This document shows positions 16,365 to 19,384 of a stretch of 19,384 nt of DNA, piece after piece (the first letter of the stretch is position 1; every line of letters begins with the position of its first letter). The notes under the pieces were generated by a model, which was given only the letters and a program-made list of their open reading frames with translations, was not told the DNA's origin and made no database searches. A program made the translations under genes and the position numbers. This DNA comes from Promethearchaeota archaeon (GTDB lineage Archaea; Asgardarchaeota; Lokiarchaeia; Sigyniarchaeales; SOKP01). The DNA lies in NCBI GenBank assembly GCA_011364925.1, contig RDOA01000059.1, forward strand, positions 1 through 19,384. Reading direction: 5' to 3'.

Positions 16365-17384
16365 TTATTCTATCTTAACCATGATCTTTATATCGTCATG
16401 TAATCCTTTTGCTATGTCTTCAAATGCTGAGGGAACTTCGTCTAGTTTTATTATTTTGGTAATGAGTGGTTTTATATTCACCCTTTTCTGTTCTAGTAAA
16501 TTTATAACAGTTTTAAATGTATCTTGGTTATAAGCATAAATACCTCTCAATGTGACATTTTTAACCGCAATACCATAAAAATTCTTTAGGTCTGTGATTT
16601 CAGGATCCATGCCGATCAGTGTGATATGTCCTCCTTTTCTTACAAGATTTATTGCTGATGTAATTGTTTCACTTATTCCTACGCAATCAAATATGTAAGT
16701 GGGTCCTATTTTATCACATAATTTTTGGACCTTCTTCCAGTTTTGTGGAGTGAATGTTTTAGCAGCCCCCATCTCCAAGGCTATTTTGTGCTTAGATTCT
16801 ACTGGCTCTAAGGCATAAATATTTCCTGCACCCGCTAATTTTAACGCTAGAATTGTGATTAAACCAATAGTACCCGTTCCAAAAACCGCAACATTTTCAC
16901 CTATTTTTATACCAGACTCTTGAACAGCATAAATACCGACCGCTAGTGGCTCGATCATCGCTCCTTCTTCTAATGAGATTGAATCAGGCAAGATGTGAAT
17001 TCTTTCCTCGTTAACACTAAAAAACTCGGCCATCGCACCATCAGAAAGCGTTCCTATTGCTCTGGGGGCAAATTTGCACTTGTTCTCTTGATTTTGATTA
17101 CACCAATAACAATTATAACACGGAACATTCGGATTTATAGTAATAAGATCTCCAATTTTCAATTTTTTTACATTATCGCCTATTTCTATTATTTCTCCAG
17201 ATATTTCGTGCCCTATAATTATCCCTGAACCATACATACCTGCCTTTTTAAAAGATTCAACATCCGAACCACAAATGCCACAATATTTAACTTTGATTAA
17301 AGCTTCCTCAGGTTTAACACTAGGCATTGGTAAATCATCTTTTACAACAATTTTTCCAACACCTTCATAGGATACACCCTTCAC
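16365..17384 (-). CDS. Zinc-dependent medium-chain dehydrogenase (butanediol/sorbitol/threonine dehydrogenase-like); probable start GTG 17384 rather than TTG 17399
   Basis: Catalytic Zn motifs CGICGSD and GHE, structural Zn CYNCYWC-x7-C, EPLAV, and Rossmann GTGTIG followed by an acidic residue (suggests NAD). GAGGTG RBS precedes the GTG, giving a typical MKG... N-terminus. Confidence 0.92.
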   Translation of the reverse strand: MKGVSYEGVGKIVVKDDLPMPSVKPEEALIKVKYCGICGSDVESFKKAGMYGSGIIIGHEISGEIIEIGDNVKKLKIGDLITINPNVPCYNCYWCNQNQENKCKFAPRAIGTLSDGAMAEFFSVNEERIHILPDSISLEEGAMIEPLAVGIYAVQESGIKIGENVAVFGTGTIGLITILALKLAGAGNIYALEPVESKHKIALEMGAAKTFTPQNWKKVQKLCDKIGPTYIFDCVGISETITSAINLVRKGGHITLIGMDPEITDLKNFYGIAVKNVTLRGIYAYNQDTFKTVINLLEQKRVNIKPLITKIIKLDEVPSAFEDIAKGLHDDIKIMVKIE

Positions 17385-17424
17385 ATATTTACACCTCAAT
17401 TGATAAAAATTTCAAAAAATTGAT

Positions 17425-19140
17425 TTAAAGGATTCCCATACTTCCCATAAGTTTTGTTGCATCAGGAATTTGGCCCCACGTTGTTTTAATGTCTATCACT
17501 GCTGGTTTTCCAGAGTTCTTAGCCCTTTCTAATGCGGGTTTAATTTCATTTGGTTCTGTTACCACCTCTCCATAACAACCAAAACCTTCAGCACACTTAG
17601 CAAAATCAAAGTCTGGTAAATCAACATCAATAAAATGCTTACTCACATACATTTTCTGACCTGACTTGAGCATACCCCATGCACTATTATTTGCAATGAC
17701 AAAGATAAGATTCTTTAGACCCAATCTTACTGCGGTTTCCAAATCTTGAATATTTATCATAAAACTTCCGTCTCCGGATATTGATAATACTTGTTTTTCT
17801 GGTTTTGCTAATTTGGCTCCAATTCCGTATCCTACAGAAGTTCCTAAATGCCCCATCCCAACAGCTTGTAAGTAAGAGAGCGGAGGTCTAGGCTTATAGA
17901 AATCAATTTGTTCTATAGAAAAACAAGCGATATCACCGCCATCTGAAATAAATATTGCGTCTTCGTCCATAAATTCTAAGACATCCTTTACTAATCTTTG
18001 AGGAGTTATTGGGATTTTGTCTTTTGTAGCTTTTCTCATGATGGAATCAATATAATCTTGTCTAGTTTTTTTTAATGTATCTAACCAATCTCTCTGTTCA
18101 ACTTTCTGACCTTGTTTTGCTTCTTGTAGGATTTGTGTTAGGAATTGCTTACAATCGCTAACAATTCCAAGCGAAATAGGTTTTGCTCGTCCAATTATGG
18201 AAGGATCTATATCAATTTGAATCAGCTTTTGAGAATTACTCCAGAATGGTTCTTCCCCGTGCGCCATTATATAAGTAAACTTACATCCAAGAGCAAGAAC
18301 TACATCTGCTTCTGGTCCCGCTTTTAATCCAGGGCCATTTATTGTTGTCCCAAGAAAACTATCTGATTTGTTTGAAATAGTTCCAATACCCATAAGGGTA
18401 GTAATGACAGGAATCTTTAAGTATTCTGCAAATTCTTGAAGTTCGTTCCAACCTTCTGACCTTGAAACTCCCCCTCCAGATACAATAAGAGGCTTTTCAG
18501 CTTTCAACAACATATTAAGAGCTTTCTTAATTAATTCACTACTTACTGCGGGTTTTTCAAAACATCGATATTGATCAGGAGATATAATCGGAATTTCATT
18601 TTCATCTTTTTCACTAAGAAACGCATCCTCGTAAATCTCTAATAATACCGGCCTTGGTCGTCCACCGGTAGCTTCCCTAAAAACTTTTTGAACAGCATTG
18701 GGAATTTCTTCAATTGTTCGGATAGATTTTTGGTATTTAGTTAAAGGTTTAAACATCGTAACTTGATCTAGATTTCCCTGCAGCGTGAACGAATCAGCAT
18801 ATTTACTGTTAACTTGCGGTACTAACACTATCATAGGAATATTATCACTCCATGCAGCTCCTACTCCGGGGACCAAGTGTGTTGCACCGGGACCGACAGT
18901 TCCAAAACAGACTCCTGGTTTATTGGTCACCCTTGCCCAAGCGTCAGCCGCGTGAGCTGCAGCTTGTTCGTGTCGAAACATAACTGTGTCAATACCCTTT
19001 TCGCGTCCCCAGTTGTATACTGCATCAAACATTGCTAAAAATTGACCACCTATAATCCCGAACATATATTTGATATCCTCTTCTAAGAACGCTTTGACAA
19101 GAACATCGCCACCATTTATAACCTTCTTTTTTTCTTCCAT
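17425..19140 (-). CDS. ThDP-dependent enzyme of the acetolactate synthase / 2-hydroxyacyl-CoA lyase superfamily
   Basis: RHEQAAAHAADAWAR (cofactor-activating Glu), GPG, GRPRPVLLE, QIDID and the ThDP motif GDGSF...NN. AGGTG RBS upstream. Confidence 0.93.
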   Translation of the reverse strand: MEEKKKVINGGDVLVKAFLEEDIKYMFGIIGGQFLAMFDAVYNWGREKGIDTVMFRHEQAAAHAADAWARVTNKPGVCFGTVGPGATHLVPGVGAAWSDNIPMIVLVPQVNSKYADSFTLQGNLDQVTMFKPLTKYQKSIRTIEEIPNAVQKVFREATGGRPRPVLLEIYEDAFLSEKDENEIPIISPDQYRCFEKPAVSSELIKKALNMLLKAEKPLIVSGGGVSRSEGWNELQEFAEYLKIPVITTLMGIGTISNKSDSFLGTTINGPGLKAGPEADVVLALGCKFTYIMAHGEEPFWSNSQKLIQIDIDPSIIGRAKPISLGIVSDCKQFLTQILQEAKQGQKVEQRDWLDTLKKTRQDYIDSIMRKATKDKIPITPQRLVKDVLEFMDEDAIFISDGGDIACFSIEQIDFYKPRPPLSYLQAVGMGHLGTSVGYGIGAKLAKPEKQVLSISGDGSFMINIQDLETAVRLGLKNLIFVIANNSAWGMLKSGQKMYVSKHFIDVDLPDFDFAKCAEGFGCYGEVVTEPNEIKPALERAKNSGKPAVIDIKTTWGQIPDATKLMGSMGIL

Positions 19141-19231
19141 ATTTTTACACCTTTATCTTAAAGTGATATATTGATTTTAGAATTGGAATTTATTGTTTAA
19201 ATAATTAACTTAAGTAAAAATAGGGAGCTTT

Positions 19232-19384
19232 TTAAATTTCGAAATCAGTTAGACTTTCGAGGTATTTTTCTAAACTTTTAGGAATTTCATGAATTTGATT
19301 ATTTTGTATTTTCAATATTGATAAAAGCTTAAATTCTTTGATGTTCTCTGGGATTTCTTGTAGTAAGTTAGAACTTAAATCCAA
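19232..19384 (-). CDS. C-terminal end of a leucine-rich repeat protein (5' part outside the window); not in the ORF track
   Basis: Manual translation LDLSSNLLQEIPENIKEFKLLSILKIQNNQIHEIPKSLEKYLESLTDFEI*. Two LxLxxNxLxxIP units with a 23-aa period. Confidence 0.85.
   Translation of the reverse strand: MDLSSNLLQEIPENIKEFKLLSILKIQNNQIHEIPKSLEKYLESLTDFEI

Noticed and set aside
17385-17399. TTG start at 17399 for the dehydrogenase, as in the ORF track
   Set aside because: This stretch contains the GAGGTG RBS. GTG at 17384 gives a canonical N-terminus.
10488-18327. Remaining 60-90 aa ORFs overlapping pyrG, crotonase, ACAD, ligase, dehydrogenase and ThDP genes
   Set aside because: Shadow or alternative-frame ORFs. 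The lysine-rich start of 16336-16533 is only the translated poly-A tract.
1-19384. CRISPR arrays, tRNA/rRNA, transposases, integrases, defence systems
   Set aside because: Intergenic gaps are all under about 190 nt and AT-rich. I saw no repeat-spacer pattern, GC-rich structured RNA or mobility motifs.

Overview
AT-rich, gene-dense window with no rRNA, tRNA, CRISPR array or mobile element that I can support. GGTG/GAGGTG ribosome-binding sites, hairpin-free oligo-T tracts, several TTG/GTG starts, a eukaryote-type CarAB, acyl-CoA metabolic genes and a 23-residue LRR protein suggest an anaerobic archaeon, most likely an Asgard (Lokiarchaeia-like) lineage; this is inference. Content in order: PAP2 phosphatase (+); carB and carA (-); a + strand block with a degenerate CPBP membrane protease, a two-subunit Gct-type CoA-transferase and 4-hydroxybutyryl-CoA dehydratase (abfD); a 40-aa C4 zinc-finger microprotein missing from the ORF track (-); CTP synthase with an unusual ~16-aa insertion (-); a co-oriented run of crotonase, acyl-CoA dehydrogenase, acyl-CoA ligase, Zn-dehydrogenase and ThDP enzyme (-); and the truncated 3' end of an LRR gene missing from the track (-). 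The best leads are the LIM/DksA-like microprotein behind the altered pyrG, the putative 2-hydroxyacyl-CoA-lyase-centred acyl-CoA pathway, and the CPBP pseudo-protease. Reference motifs are quoted from memory and need confirming by alignment.
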